A DNA stretch of 64,000 nucleotides from Octopus sinensis (Eukaryota): contig NC_043012.1 of NCBI RefSeq assembly GCF_006345805.1, forward strand, positions 6,076,001-6,140,000, read 5' to 3'. A program made the translations under genes and the position numbers. Under the pieces are notes generated by a model. The model worked only from the letters and a program-made list of their open reading frames with translations, was not told where the DNA came from and ran no database searches. This document shows positions 24,908 to 39,909 of the stretch, in pieces; position 1 is the first letter of the stretch, and each line of letters begins with the position of its first letter.

Positions 24908-26191
24908 CTTATATATAAAAATATGCATACATATGTATGTGTATATAGATACATATATACATACATATTTGTTGTTCTTTAAGAAGAATTTTATTGACAG
25001 TATCTTTGAAGTTTCAGCCAGCTAAGCCTTCATCTAAAGTTGAAGGTTCGAAGTCCCTGTCAGCACTATTCTTGTTGAAGTGTAGCAAATATGTACTCTA
25101 CAAATGATTGGAAAAACCTTTCAGATCAATGTAAAATTGTTTTTATTTTGGCTGAGTATATAAAAAAACATTAATACATACATATATGTGCATATGTATG
25201 TGTATGTCTATCTATCTGTCTACCTGTCTGTTTGTCTATCTGTCTGTCTGTCTATCTGTCTATCTATATATCTATCTATCTATCCATACATACATACATA
25301 CATACATACATACCATCATCATTGTTTAACATCCGCCTTCCATGCTGTCATGGGTTGGACAGTTTGACAGGAGCTGGCCAGGTAGGAGCCTGTACCACAC
25401 TTCTGTGTCTGTTTTGGCATAGTTTCTATGGCTTGATGCTCTTTCTAACACCAACCACTCTGTAGAGTATGTATATATAAATATATCATCATCATCATCA
25501 TCAACATCGTTTAACGTCCGTTTTCCATGCTAGCATAGGTTGGACAGTTCGACCAGGGTCTGGGAAGCCAGGAGGTTGCACCAGGCTCCAGTCAGATCTG
25601 GCTGTGTTTCTACAGCTGGATGACCTTGCTAACGCCAACCACTCCGTGACTGTAGTGGGTGCTTTTTACATGCCACCAGCATGGAAGCCATATATATTTA
25701 TATATATATGTATATATATAGATATATATATATGTATATATATATGTATATATATATGCGTGCATATGTGTGTATGTATATATATGTATGTGCATACACA
25801 CATAAATACACACATATTTTTGCGTGTGTTTGTATTTGCGTGCATGCATGTGTGTGTGTATGTGTGTGTGTGAGTGTGTATGTATGTGTGTATTAAGATA
25901 ATTATGACTTGAATTTTTGTTTTGCTTGGAAATAGTTCAGGAAGTTTGAGAATGGTGATTCTGGTTATTGTTGGTAGACATTACTGTAACAAGGAAGATA
26001 TAAAGAGAGATTAGCGCAGACGCTACTTATTAATTAGGTCCTCTTGATTAGTCAACAAAGAGCTTGTTGCTATTTAATCATATGGTAGTTTATCAAAGAA
26101 CTAGTTGCTTGTCTCTAAGAAACTGGATAACCAAGCTGAGAGCATTGTTACCGGTAAGTTGAAGCTAGTATTTTCTTTCACAGTGGTATGG

Positions 26192-26229
<38 letters not shown>

Positions 26230-26257
26230 GTACTGGTTGTAATTGTAGGAAGGTTTC

Positions 26258-26495
26258 TTCCTGAGTCATATAGACTCATGGGGCTGGTTTCCTGGTTTCC
26301 ATGGTGTATGTATTCTCCACCTGGATCAAATGCTAATCCTTTGCAGGATTACTCACTTTTGCCAGCTGAGTGGACTGGAGCAACGTGAAATGAAGTGTTT
26401 TGATCAAGAACACAACGCATTGTCTGCTCCCGGAATTGAAACCACAATTTTACGATCAAAAGTCCAACACCCTAACCACTAAGCCATGCTCCTCC
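26258..26495 (-). mobile_element. tRNA-derived SINE family C (CORE-like centre); related fragments at ~27005-27300, ~35840-36100 and ~58040-58165
   Basis: Minus-strand head GCATGGCTTAGTGGTTAGGGTGTTGGAC...GGTTTCAATTCC, then TTCTTGATCAAAACACTTCATTTCACGTTGCTCCAGTCCACTCAGCTG. Confidence 0.75.
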
Positions 26496-26860
26496 ACTAC
26501 TACTGGTTGGCTTTTTTTTTTACTTTTATTGTTAGTCAATGGTATTGCAGAGACAATAGCTTAACTGTCTCTGGTCTGTTTTCAGAATCAAGTTCCTAGC
26601 CCCCAAGTAACCTTACTATTTCTCTTTTCATGAAGAGTCACATCTGCCCTGATTCTGTTGGGGGTGGAGGTTGTCTGTGAATGACTTCTTCTGTGACATG
26701 TTAACTGAACCATAATTTGGATCCTGACAGGTGCTACTATTCTGGGTCACAGTAGATCTGGATATAGTGGTGGCTAAGTGGTGGCTCCACATGCCTCAAA
26801 AATCTTGTAGCTCTTGAATCAGGGTCCCACAGCAGTGTAAATTCATACCCAGGATTACTA

Positions 26861-26913
<53 letters not shown>

Positions 26914-27305
26914 ATACTAATACCACCACCACCACCACCACTTCAGTGACATACCATGTCTGTCAAATATGGTGTTGATGTAATTAACTACTGCATTTTC
27001 CAGCATCCGAGTCATATAACTGGCACCCTGTTGGTTGTGATGAAGAGGGTTCCTGCTTGTGGAATTAACATGTTAGTGGCCAAGTACTTCACAGATATGT
27101 GTACTCTTCACATAGTCCTCAGGATGTGACAAGACTGGCCCTTTGAATTACAAAGTACAAGTCATTTTTGCCAGCTGAGTGGATTAGAGCAACATGAAAT
27201 AAAGTGTCTTGCTCAAGGACACAAAGTGCTGCCGGGAATTGAACTCACAACCTTGTGATCATGAACCATATACCTTAACCACTAAGCCAAGTACCTTCAC
27301 ACCTA

Positions 27306-27500
27306 AGAGTGGCTGTGTGGTAAGTAGCTTGCTTACCAACCACATGGTTCCAGGTTCAGTCTCACTGCATGGCACCTAGGGCAAGTGTCTTCTACTATAG
27401 CCTCGGGCTGACCAAAGCCTTGTGAGTGGATTTGGTAGACAGAAACTGAAAGAAGACTGTCATATATGTGTGTGTGTGAGTGTTGTGTGTGTGTGTGTGT

Positions 27501-27550
<50 letters not shown>

Positions 27551-27745
27551 TCCCCCCACCATTGCTTGACAACCAATGCTGGTGTGTTTACCTCCCTGTA
27601 ACTTAGTGGTTTGACAAAAGAGATCGATAGAATAAGTACTAGGCTTACAAAGAGTAAGTCCTGGGGTTGATTTGCTTGACTGAAGGCAGTGCTCCAGTAT
27701 GGCCACAGCCAAAAATGACTGAAACAAGTAAAAGAATAAAAGAAA
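27306..27745 (+). mobile_element. SINE family A, full length
   Basis: Complete family A match with a (TG)n core. Confidence 0.9.
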
Positions 27746-27755
27746 ATGTAGTATA

Positions 27756-28267
27756 CCGGAAATCCTCGAGTATAGTCCGCACTTGAGTATAATATGTAGG
27801 GGATTTTTAGGGGTCTGTACCTCTGAAAAACCTAAACCTTGTGTATTATACGCACCCCTTCTCTAACTTGAGTCAAGGAGGTCTATGTAACGTCGTTGGT
27901 TTGTAAAAATGTGTACAGTAATGTCCTTTATTATTATTGTATATATAACATAATGCAAACGTGTAACTTTTTTGTGCATTTTGTTTGCAGAAAATAAAGA
28001 AATAACAGTAATAACATTTAATAAATGTTGCTTATTGCAAGTTATGGATGATTCTTTTATGACTTCATTGCTTTCAGGCTTAGCTTAAGGTATTTTCACG
28101 CCCGACATCCCAAAATGCATCTGAATAAACATTGCCGGACAGCAAATAGAGACTCGGACATTGCTTAGAAAATAATTCTCATTTTTAGCCTTGTATATAG
28201 TACACACTAGGGATTTTGACCTTTAAATTTTGGGAAAAAAATGCGGATTATACTCGAGGATTTACGG
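27756..28267. mobile_element. pogo/Tigger-like MITE, 512 bp
   Basis: 26-bp TIRs CCGGAAATCCTCGAGTATAGTCCGCA / TGCGGATTATACTCGAGGATTTACGG (24/26), with TA on both sides. Confidence 0.9.
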
Positions 28268-28559
28268 TAAATAATCAAACATCATTTTCATTCCAAATCC
28301 TGCTGCATTTCACATTAAATGTTTGATCCTCCAAAGTTGTTTTGGTGTATAAGTCGACTCATCTTTCTTTTAAGCTGCAAATTTTAGTCTAAAAAATTCA
28401 ACTTGTATGCCAGAAAATATGGTACTGCCTTTTGCCAGATTTCTGATTTTGTGTCTATGGTAGAAACAGTTTCTTACCCAACTCAGAAACCATGTGGCTG
28501 AGAAGCTAACGTCTTCACCACCACTGCCATACCTGTACCGCTTTGTTTATTCTTTTTAT

Positions 28560-29059
28560 TCTTTATTCTTTTATTCCTTTGTTTGTTGCAGTCGTTTTGA
28601 CTGCGGCCATGATGGAGCACCGCCTTTAGTCAAACAAATCAACCCCAGGACTTATTCTTTGTAAGCCTAGTATTTATTACATTGGTCTCTATTGCTGAAC
28701 CGGTAACTTACGGGGACGTAAACACACTAACATTGGGTGTAAAGCAATGTTGAGGGGACAAACAGGCACAAAGACACACACATACATGCACATATATATA
28801 TATGTGCTGGTGGCACGTAAAAAGCACCCACTACACTCTCAGAGTGGTTGGCATTAGGAAGGGCATCCAGCTGTAGAAACCTTGCCAGATGAGATTGGAG
28901 CCTGGTGCAGCCTTCTAGTTTGCCAGCCCTCAGTCAAATGATCTAACCCATGCCAGCATGGAAAGTGGACGTTAAACGACAATGACATTGATGATGATAT
29001 ATATACATATATGCACATATACATACATACATATATATATATACATATATATATATTAT

Positions 29060-29108
<49 letters not shown>

Positions 29109-29109
29109 G

Positions 29110-29177
<68 letters not shown>

Positions 29178-29998
29178 TACATACATACATGCATACATAA
29201 ACACATGTACATATGAGCGTGATCGTTGCCAGTGAGTGTTACCTGATTGTCCCTCATGCTGGTGGCATTTAAAAGCACCCACTACACTCTCGGAGTGGTT
29301 GGCATTAGGAAGGGCATCCATCTGTAAAAACTTTGCGAGATCAGATTTGAGTCTGGTGCAGCCTTCCGGCTTGCCACACTTCAGTCAAACCATCCAACCA
29401 ATGCCAGCATGGAAAGTGGACATTAAACGACAATGATGATGATGTATATCATCATCTTCATCATTGATTTACGTCCATTTTCCATGCTGGCATGTGTTGG
29501 ATGGTTTGACTGATGTCTAGAGAGCCAGGAGCTGCACCAGGCTCCAATCTGGTCTGGCTGAGTTCCTGCCCTTCCTAATGCCAACAACAATGAGAGTGTA
29601 GTGGGTGCTTTTTGTGTTCAGTAAGGCAGATTTGGCATCGACCATGTTCGAATGGTGCTTTGTATGTGCTGTCGGTACAGGAGTCAGTCTGGGGGTACTG
29701 GCATTGGCCACGTTTGGTTGGTGCTTTCTTCATGTCACCAGCACAGGGGCCAGTCTGGCAGATCTGGCATTGACTACATTCGGATGGTGCTTTATACATG
29801 CCACTGGCACAGGAGCCAGTCAGCAGGGCACTGGCCCCACGGGCTCCTTTCAGTTTCTGTCTACCAAATCCTCTCACAAGGCTTTGGTCGGCCCTAGGCT
29901 ATAGTAGAAGACACTTACCCTAGGTTCTACACAGTGGGACTGAACCCAGAACCATGTGGTTGAGAAGCAAGCGTCTTACCACACACCTATGCCTGTTC
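28560..29998 (-). mobile_element. SINE family A split by three nested RTE tail insertions
   Basis: The 3' half lies at ~28560-28790 and the 5' half at ~29843-29998. RTE tails lie at ~28800-28995 (+), ~29210-29445 (+) and ~29449-29830 (-). Confidence 0.75.
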
Positions 29999-30438
29999 CT
30001 ATGTTTGTTAATGATGTTTGTTAATTATCTTTGAGCTGACTCCATCCAACCAGTCTAGATAGATAAAAGAATGTCAGATCATTTACAGAAACAAAAATAG
30101 AAACAAACAAATAAACAAATAAAAAAAAAAGTATTTGCTTTGATGACGCAGTTATCTAATTAATTATTGATCTCCGTGGCAAAAGCCTCTGACAATAGAA
30201 TCCTGTGAAGTGTTGATGATGTGGCGATGGTGGCAGCTTTGTTTTTTTAAAGTTCCTGTGTAAATAAAGTACCGAGAATATTAAAAGTGTGGATAACCTC
30301 AACAGGGAGATTATTAGAATCAACAACAGGATTCAGGAAAACAACAAAATCAGGAAGACATCAGGGAGACTTTAGATTTAGCTATAGTCTGATATACAAT
30401 TCTATCTATCTAGTTATCCTATGTGTCTGTCTATGTAC

Positions 30439-30516
<78 letters not shown>

Positions 30517-30525
30517 GTCTGCCTG

Positions 30526-30572
<47 letters not shown>

Positions 30573-30577
30573 GTCTG

Positions 30578-30638
<61 letters not shown>

Positions 30639-30801
30639 TTATCTATCTGTCTGTCTGTCTGTCTGTCTGTATGTATGTATGTAATTCTATCTATCTATTT
30701 ATCTGTCAGTCTCTCTGCTTGTCAACCTGTCTGTCTACCTATCTATCTATCTATCTATTTATCTAGCTGTCTGTCTGTCTGTCTGTCTCTCTGTATTTAT
30801 G

Positions 30802-30832
<31 letters not shown>

Positions 30833-31742
30833 TTCTATCTATCTATTTATCTGTCAGTCTCACTGCTTGTCTATCTGTCTGACTATCTAGCTATATAATC
30901 ATATCTGTCTATCTGTCCTAGTGCTAACATGCTATCTTAAAAATAATGTTTTGGCAAGTATAAGGCCATGTAATTAACAAGTTTACTTTGCCGCCATGTG
31001 GTTTTGTGTTCACTGCCATTGCATGGTACCTTGGGCAAATCTCCCTCTCTCACTCTCACTCAACCAGTGTTTGATCGATATTTTATGTTATCAACACCAA
31101 TAGAATGAAAGGCAAAGTTCTCTTCAATTGGATTTCAACACAAAACATATCAAGCCACAAAAAATACTGCAAAGTACCTTTATTTCTCATATTCCAATGA
31201 TTCTACAAGTTTGCCAATGTCATGACAATCATTTATCAAAGCTGCAAATCTACAAACACTTATATTGTTAATTCGTAGTGGTTAATATGCCAAATGTTTT
31301 TAGTTTAATAAACATCTTTCAACATGTTTAATAATGAATTCTTGAGTGATCAAATATGGTAAATTTTGAGCGACTAATTACTCATGGAAGAATTCCAGAC
31401 TTGATTCTGTATGATTAAGAATAATCACTATTGGAAAAAAAAAGCCATTTTTAATGAAATCTGAAGATAATGTCAGTCTGAATAGACAGTTCATGCTAGA
31501 TTTTTAAGAAGAAATGTGAAAAGCCCATTTCAAGTGTTGGGCCTCACAGAGGGAGACCTTTGGCATTATGTTGTGCTTGAGAAGAAGACCCACCAAGCCA
31601 AGTAAAATTGCAGATGTGGCAGATACTGGTGTCTCATGAATGGCACTCATGCCAGTGGCACGTAAAAGCACCCATTACACTGTCAGAGTGGTTGGTGTTA
31701 AGAAAGGCATCCAGCTGTAGTAAGCATGCCATATCAGATATT

Positions 31743-33608
31743 AGGGTCCCCCGATTCCTTATCAAGCCTTTGACAGGGTCCTCCGATCCCTTATCTGGTG
31801 GTCAATGAGGAAACTGGAGATTAACGAACGGTTAATAAGGGATGTACAGGTCCTTTACAGAGAGGCTATTAGTAAGGTTAGGATTGGCAATGAATACAGT
31901 GAAGAATTCTGGGTAGAAGTTGGCATCCACCAAGGCTCAGCCCTCAGTCCCATTCTATTTATCATAGTCCTCCAGACAATAACAGAGGAATTCAAGACGG
32001 GTTGCCCCTGGGAGCTCCTCTATGCTGATGACCTAGCCCTTGTAGCAGAATCGCTACTGGAACTAAAGAAGAAATTTCGTGTGTGGAAGCAAGGTTTAGA
32101 ATCAAAAGGCTTTAGAGTCAAAGTAGCAAAGACCAAAGTTCTAGTAAGTAGGAAGGCAAACTCATCCCCCCCCTTCAGGTAGGTAGCCCTGCTCAATCTG
32201 TAGAAAAGGTGTAGGTAGAAACCCCATAAGATGTACCCAGTATAAGCTATGGACACATAAGAGGTGCAGCAACATCAAAGGAAAATTAACCGAGAAGATA
32301 GCTTTCGTGTGCGGCAGATGCACAGGGCAATAGACACCATTGATACTCCTGGGGGAGAAACTGGAAATAGTTGATAGTTTTTGCTACCTAGGTGACCAAG
32401 TTAGTAGCAGGGTGGATGCTCAGAGAGTGTTACCACTAGAATAAGAATAGCCTGGGCAAAGTTTAGAAAGCTTCTTCCCTTACTGGCGACAAAGGGTCTC
32501 TCGCTCAGAGTGAAAGGTAGATTGTATGACATATGTGTGTGAACTGCCATGCTTCACAGCAGTGAAACATGGGCTGTGACTGCGGAGGACATGCGTAGGC
32601 TTGAAAGAAATGAAGCTAGCATGATCCGCTGGATGTGTAATGTCAGTGTCCATGCACGACAGAAGAGTGTAAGCTCCCTGAGAGAAATGTTGGACATAAG
32701 AAGCATTGGATGCAGCATGAAGGAGAGACGTTTGCATTGATATGGTCATGTACTACGGATGGATGAAGAGAGATGTGTGAAGAAGTGCCACTCCCAAACT
32801 GTTGAAGGAATCCAGGGTAGAGGTAGACACAGGAAGACATGGGATGAGGTGGTCAAACATGACCTTCATACATTGGGCCTCACAGAGGCTATGACCAAAG
32901 ACCAAGACCTCTGGAGATATGCTGTGACTTCGAAGACCCGACAAATGAAGTGAGTTCATGGCTTGCAGGATGGCTGGCTGTGCTTGAGGAGACCTATTGT
33001 GTCAAGTACATCAACATCAAAATAAAGATTGAATGGATATTGTAGTTGTGATACCTGTACCAGTGGCACGTAGGGCCTCACAGAGGAAATGAGGAAGACC
33101 AAGACCTCTGAGATATGCTGTGACTGTGAAGACCTGATAAATGAAGTGAGTTTATGGCTCACAGGATGGCCTGCTGTGCTAACCTTGGATCGTAGGGTGA
33201 CCCGCTGTTCTTGAGGAGGCCTATTGAGTCAAGTACATCAACACCAACATCAAAATAAAAATCAAATAGAAATTGTAGTTAAGATACCCGTGCTGGTGAC
33301 ACGTAAAAAGCACCGTCTGAACATGGCAGATGCCGGCACCTCTGACTGGCGTCAGTGTCAGTGACACATAAAAGCACCAACCGATCGTGGCTGTTTGCCA
33401 GCCTCCTCTGGCCCCTGTGCCGGTGGCATGTAAAATGCACCCACTACACTCACAGAGTGGTTGGCGTTAGGAAGCGCATCCAGTTGTAGAAACACTGCCA
33501 GATCAGACCGGAGCCTGGTGCAGCCTCCTGGCTTCCCAGAACCCGGTCGAACCGTCCAACCCATGCTAGTATGGAAAACAGACGTTAAACTATAATGATG
33601 ATGATGAT
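31743..33608 (+). mobile_element. 5'-truncated RTE-clade LINE (RT C-terminal half, ORF2 end, 3' UTR)
   Basis: ORF 31805..32182 carries GIHQGSALSPILF and WELLYADDLALV. The downstream frames are broken. The tail ends GACGTTAAAC..GATGATG. Confidence 0.92.
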
Positions 33609-33754
33609 ATTATAAAATATATGTATGAATATATACAGCAATCCCATGACATGTCACAGGTCACCTGTCGTGCACTCAGTATGTCGCGGATTTTTCTGGC
33701 TAATATATGTAAATTTATATCGCAGACTCCTCAGTATATCACAGGTTTCAGCAG

Positions 33755-34090
33755 TTGATAGGAATTTATATTTTTTAGATTTTAATTATTTCTGTGGGAG
33801 GTTTTGGAATGTAACACCTCGACTGGCTTCCGTGCCGGTGGCATGTAAAATGCACCAATCCGACCATGGCCATTGCCAGCCTCGCCTGGCACCTGTGCGG
33901 GTGGCATGTAAAAAGCACCCACTACACTCACGGAGTGGTTGGCGTTAGGAAGGGCATCCAGCTGTAGAAACATTGCCAGATAAGACTGGAGCTTGGTGCA
34001 GCCTTCTGGCTTCCCAGATCTCCGGTCGAATCGTCCAACCCATGCTAGCATGGAGAACTGACGTTAAACGATGATGATGATGATGATGAT
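33755..34090 (+). mobile_element. RTE 3' tail fragment
   Basis: Near-identical to the 2490-2760 tail; ends in (GAT)n. Confidence 0.85.
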
Positions 34091-34844
34091 ATATATATAT
34101 ATATGTATATATATATAAAGCCCTAAATAATTGTGGATCTACTTAGAAACAGACACACCTATGAAGTAATTTAATATGTCTTGTTAAATGAAGCGAATGA
34201 GACAATATTTTAGTTGATTTATTTTGAAGTGCTTTACTGTTCGTATGGCTAAAAGCTTGCAAAGGTGACATATGAACTCCTCACACCCAACCCTTAACTT
34301 TAGAAACAACTGCAACCGCTAGTCTTTTATCATCTGCACCCACCAGCCAACAGTCATTTCAAATATGCAGAAATCACAATCTGATATCTATGTGTTCGCG
34401 CCATGGGAATCAGCAATTCTCTTTATGTAATCTGATGGTGGTTGTCGTGATTAACCCCCCCCCCCCGGTCAACTCTGATAGTGTAAGATATTCTAGACAA
34501 GATAGTGCTTGACGTTTATTATTCAGGCAAAGTGTATTTAGGATTATATTATCTGATGTAACCTCTTTTGTATTATTATTTTAGGCTACTAGGATGGGGT
34601 TTGAAGGCGATTTAGCTGCTATTTCTAGCAGGTTTAGCAATCCTACAGAAGCTTTGACTGTGGCTAAAGATAGATTGATGGATAGATAGAGAGGGAGCTG
34701 AATGAAAGAATGAAAGAATAAGTAAAATTTCAATAACTATGTGAAAACTATACAAAAAGGTACATTAATAAAGAATTAAAGAAGACATTCTTGGAATTTA
34801 TGTTGTGTGTATGCGTGTGTCTATATATATATATATATATTTAT

Positions 34845-35070
34845 TCTTGTACTTGTTTCAGTCATTTGACTGTGGCCATGCTGGAGCATCGCCTTTTTAG
34901 TTGAACAAGTAGAACACAGGACTTATTCTTTGTAAGCCTAGTACTTATTCTATTGGTCTCTTTTGCTGAACCGCTAAGTTACGGAGATGTAAACACACCA
35001 ACATCGGTTGTTAAGCGATGGTGGGGGGACAAATACAGACACACAAACACACACACACACACACACACAC

Positions 35071-35108
<38 letters not shown>

Positions 35109-35258
35109 CGACGGGCCTCTTTCAGTTTCTCTCTACCAAATCCACTCACAAGGCTTTGGTCAGCCCAAGGCTAGAGTTGAAGATACTTGCCCAAGGTACC
35201 ACACAGTGGAACTGAACCTGGAACCATGTGGTTGGTAAGTAAGCTACTTACCACACAC
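34845..35258 (-). mobile_element. SINE family A, full length
   Basis: Complete family A match. Confidence 0.9.
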
Positions 35259-35335
35259 AATATATATATATATATATAATATATATATATATATTTATAT
35301 ATGCATGTGTGTGTATATATATATTTATATATGCA

Positions 35336-35370
<35 letters not shown>

Positions 35371-35377
35371 GCATGTA

Positions 35378-35412
<35 letters not shown>

Positions 35413-36774
35413 ATATATATATATAATATATATATATATGCATAAACAAAGATTGTTTGGAGATACATAGTGTGTTTTATAGTTATGCCTAGTTAAAGTA
35501 TCATAAAAGCTTTAAACCAGCAGATATATTATGGCAGTGGAATAGTATTTAACTGCTATTTCTAAATTTCGGTATGTGATGAAGCAATTTTGCTGAACCC
35601 TAATTATAATTATGCTTATAATTATAGAATTTTTGTATAAGGTTACCGATAATGGTTTTTTTAACATACCGAACTACTTGGCAAAATTATTAATTATTAA
35701 TTGATTAATTAATTTTACCCTTTATTATATATATATATATATGGTTTATTTGTGAATTAGTGCTACCATTGTTTTCTTGTTAAGAAAAGTAGGAAAATAT
35801 CCCAGTGTCTTAACAGTTTTTCAGGCCAATCACATGGAGAAAGATGTTTGCCTCCATTTTGAAAAAAAATTGTCGCTTCCTTCATGGGATCCAAAAGATG
35901 TCACTCAAGAGTAACGTCCCTCGATTCATTGATTCATTGTTTTATTTACGTGAATTTACAAGAAATCCTGTGAAGTCCACTCAGCTGGCAAAAATGTGTA
36001 ATTCTATACTGGACGAGCATCTTGTCCAAGGGTGGAATTTATTTGCCATGGAAACTGGAAATCTAGCCCTTATGAATTGGCGTGACACGAGAAGGTAACA
36101 TAATGCATCATCCCACGCAGATGAGGTGTTTTTGCATTGTGTGTACTTGGTGACCTTAACAGTGCTCGCGCCATGGGAAAAGCACCCAGTGCACTCTGTG
36201 AAATGGTTGGCATTAGGAAGTATAATCTAGCTGTTGAAACCATGTCAAAACAGAATGAAGCTCAGTGCAACTCTGGCTTGTCAGTTCATGTCGAACTGAC
36301 CAACCTACGCTAGCATTGAAAATAGGACAAGAAATGATGATGATAGTATACACACACACATACACACACACAAACACACATGCATATATGCACACACATA
36401 TTCACACATATGTGTTTGTTTATTCTTTGATCCATACATATTTGTTTATTCTTTGAACCATTGCCATAGTAGCACGGGTTAAACACACTCATACAAACAC
36501 ACACACAGACACACACACACACACACACACACATGTACACACTGTGTGTGTGTTTGTTTGGTGTTTGTGTTTGCGATGAATACAAGTTAGAGAAAAAAAA
36601 TGCCAGTATGGTATTTTGATATCATTAATAAGTGTCAAATTAATTAAACAAATGATATTTTGAATTGCTTTATTGACTGGCAAATATGTGACTTGTACAC
36701 AATGATAACACAGACTCTATGAGAACATTGTAAATATATAAAATAAAATATCATGTTTAATTCTTTTCTACTCT

Positions 36775-37330
36775 AAGCACAAGGCCTGAAATTTTTGGGG
36801 AGGGGGGGCAGTCGATGAGATTAACCCCAGTACGCAACTGGTACTTAATTTATTGACCCCGAAAGGATGAAATGCAAAGTCGACTTCGGGGGACTTTGAA
36901 CTCGGAACGTAAAGACAGACGAAACACCACTAAGCATTTTGCCTGGTGTGCTAACCACTCTGCCAACTCGCCACCTTAATGTTTCAATAAATGTTAACTA
37001 AAAGCAATGAAACAGAAAAAGGTAACAGGCATCGGCGTGTGATAAGAAATTCGCTTCCTAACGAGATGGTTCTGGGGTCAGTCACTTGGGTAAGTGTCTT
37101 CTGATATAGCTGCAGGCTGATTCAAGCATTGGGAGTGCATTTAGTAGAAGGAAACTGAAAGAAGCCTGTTGTGTGTGTGTGTGTATATATATATATACAC
37201 ACGTTCTGATTTCAAATTCCCCCGAGGTCGACTTTGCATTTCATCCTTTCAGGGTCAATAAATTAAGTACCTGTTGCATACTGGGGTTAATCTCATTGAC
37301 TGGCCCCCCTCCCCCAAAATTTCAGGCCTA
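36775..37330. mobile_element. Two SINE family B copies in opposite orientations (36775-36980 minus; 37200-37330 plus, partial)
   Basis: Family B unit on each strand. Confidence 0.7.
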
Positions 37331-37730
37331 TATATATATATATATGCTAACATACAAAAATTTTGATACTTAATTCATTTTGTCGCTTCTACTAAATATT
37401 AATAAAATGATTGTGTGGTTGTGTGTGTCTGTTTGTGCCTTACCACTTCTTGATAACCAGTGTTGGTATGTTTACATCCCTGTAACTTAGCAGCTCAACA
37501 TAAGAGACCAATGGATTAAGTACCAAGCTTAAAATAAAAAAAAAACAATTATTAAGTACTGTGGTTGATTTGTTCAGCTCAAATTCTTCAAGGGGGTGCC
37601 CCAGCTTGGTCACAGCCCAATGACTGAAACAAGTAAAAGATTATGATTTCTTAGGTAAAGTTTAGGGTAATCAATGCAACTGAATGTACAAATATACATT
37701 TATAATTCTTTTAGGTGTGTATGTATGTAG

Positions 37731-38184
<454 letters not shown>

Positions 38185-38500
38185 ATATATATATATATAT
38201 ATAAGGTACGTCCGTAGGTAACTTAATATAGAATGATTTCCGTCATTTCTTTCTCTTTTACCTGCGTCGTTTGCTTTTTAAGTGCTTTGGTTTTACTGGC
38301 ATTTCCCTTTTAAGTAGAAAGAATAGCCAAAACTTTTTGACTGCTATTTCTAAATTCGGTGTGTGGTGAGGCAAATCGTTGCTAAACCCTTAATTACTTA
38401 GTATTACTTAAACCTTCCTTGAATGGGTCTTTTACATGGTGAACTCTACTTGGTGAAATTAATGATTATTTCTAAATTAATTAATTTCACCCTTTATTAT

Positions 38501-38558
<58 letters not shown>

Positions 38559-38616
38559 ATAATATATTAATAGTAATGGTAAGACAACAAAAGAATGAAC
38601 GAGAACGAATAATTAC

Positions 38617-39062
38617 TCTTTTACTCTTTTACTTGTTTCAGTCATTTGACTGTGGCCATGCTGGAGCACTGCCTTTAGTCAAAAAAATTGACCCCAGAAC
38701 TTATTCATTGTAAGCCTAGTACTTATTCTATCTGTCTCTTTTGTCGAATCGCTAAGTTACAGGGACGTAAACACACCAGCATCGGTTGCCAAGCGATGTT
38801 GGGGGGGGGACAAACACAGACACACAAACACATACACACAAACACATACACACAGACACACATACTTACATATATATATACATACATATATATATACATA
38901 TATACGGCGGGCTTCTTTCAGTTTCAGTCTACCAAATCCACTCACAAGGCTTTGGTCGGCCACAGTAGAAGACACTTGCCCAAGGTGCCATGCAGTGGGA
39001 CTGAACCCGGAACCATGTGGTTCGTAAGCAAGCTACTTACCACACAGCCACTCCTACGCCTA
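38617..39062 (-). mobile_element. SINE family A, full length
   Basis: Complete family A match. Confidence 0.9.
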
Positions 39063-39159
39063 TTGTCACATATATTACAAATATATATACATATAATATA
39101 TATATATATGTGTATGTGTATATATAATTATGTATATGTATGTATATATATATATATTC

Positions 39160-39765
39160 TTTTATTCTTTTACTTGTTTCAGTCATTTGACTGTGGCCAT
39201 GCTGGAGCACTGCTTTGAGTTGAGTTAATCGATCCCAAGATTTATTCTTTGTAAGCCTAGTACTTATTCTATTAGTCTCTTTTGTCGAATCACTAAGTTA
39301 CTGGGACGTAAATGCAACAGCGTCGGTTGTCAAGCGATGGTGGGGTGGGGGGACAAATACAGACACTCAAACATATACGTGACCACGTGTGTAGCGTTGG
39401 CGATTTTTTTTCTCCGTCTTCCTTGGATCTTTCCTTTTCCCATGTTTCTGACGAAGAGCTCTGCTTGAAACGTTAAATCCTCCTTCTTTCTTTCCTTTCC
39501 TGAGCGTCCAATAATACTATACTTGTTCCATGTCCTCGCGTTGTGTTTTCTCTTTGTGTTTTCATTTTTGGATTAACTATATATATATGTATATATATAT
39601 GATAGGCTTCTTTCAGTTTCCGTCTACCAAATCCACTCACAAGGCTTTGGTCAGCCTGAGGCTATAGTAGAAGACACACATGCCCAAGGTGCCATGCAGT
39701 GGGACTGAACCTGGAACTATGTAGTTGATAAGCCAGCAACTTACCACACAGCCACTCCACCACCT
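39160..39765 (-). mobile_element. SINE family A interrupted by HHR element copy 3
   Basis: The 3' half lies at ~39160-39375 and the 5' half at ~39600-39765. Confidence 0.85.
39379..39578 (+). mobile_element. ~200-bp HHR-bearing element, copy 3 (HHR at 39444-39478)
   Basis: GTTT-CTGACGA-A-GAGC-TCT-GCTT-GAAA-CGT-T-AAAT. Confidence 0.8.
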
Positions 39766-39909
39766 ATATACATACATACATACATACTTGAAAAAAATGG
39801 TTAGAGATGGCTTTTTTGGGGAATAATTTTTATTTTAATAATATTATTTACAGTGAGGTACTTTGGTATGAAGTGCAAGCTTTTGAAGTTCATGCTAGAG
39901 TAACTCTCT

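Noticed and set aside
25005-25040. Hammerhead-like remnant on the minus strand (TAGATGA-AGGC...GGCT-GAAACTTC)
   Set aside because: C3/U4 and the cleavage triplet are not canonical, so it is too degenerate to support.
35844-36098. 84-aa non-repetitive-looking ORF
   Set aside because: It overlaps a minus-strand SINE family C-like fragment, has no splice context and shows no recognisable domain.
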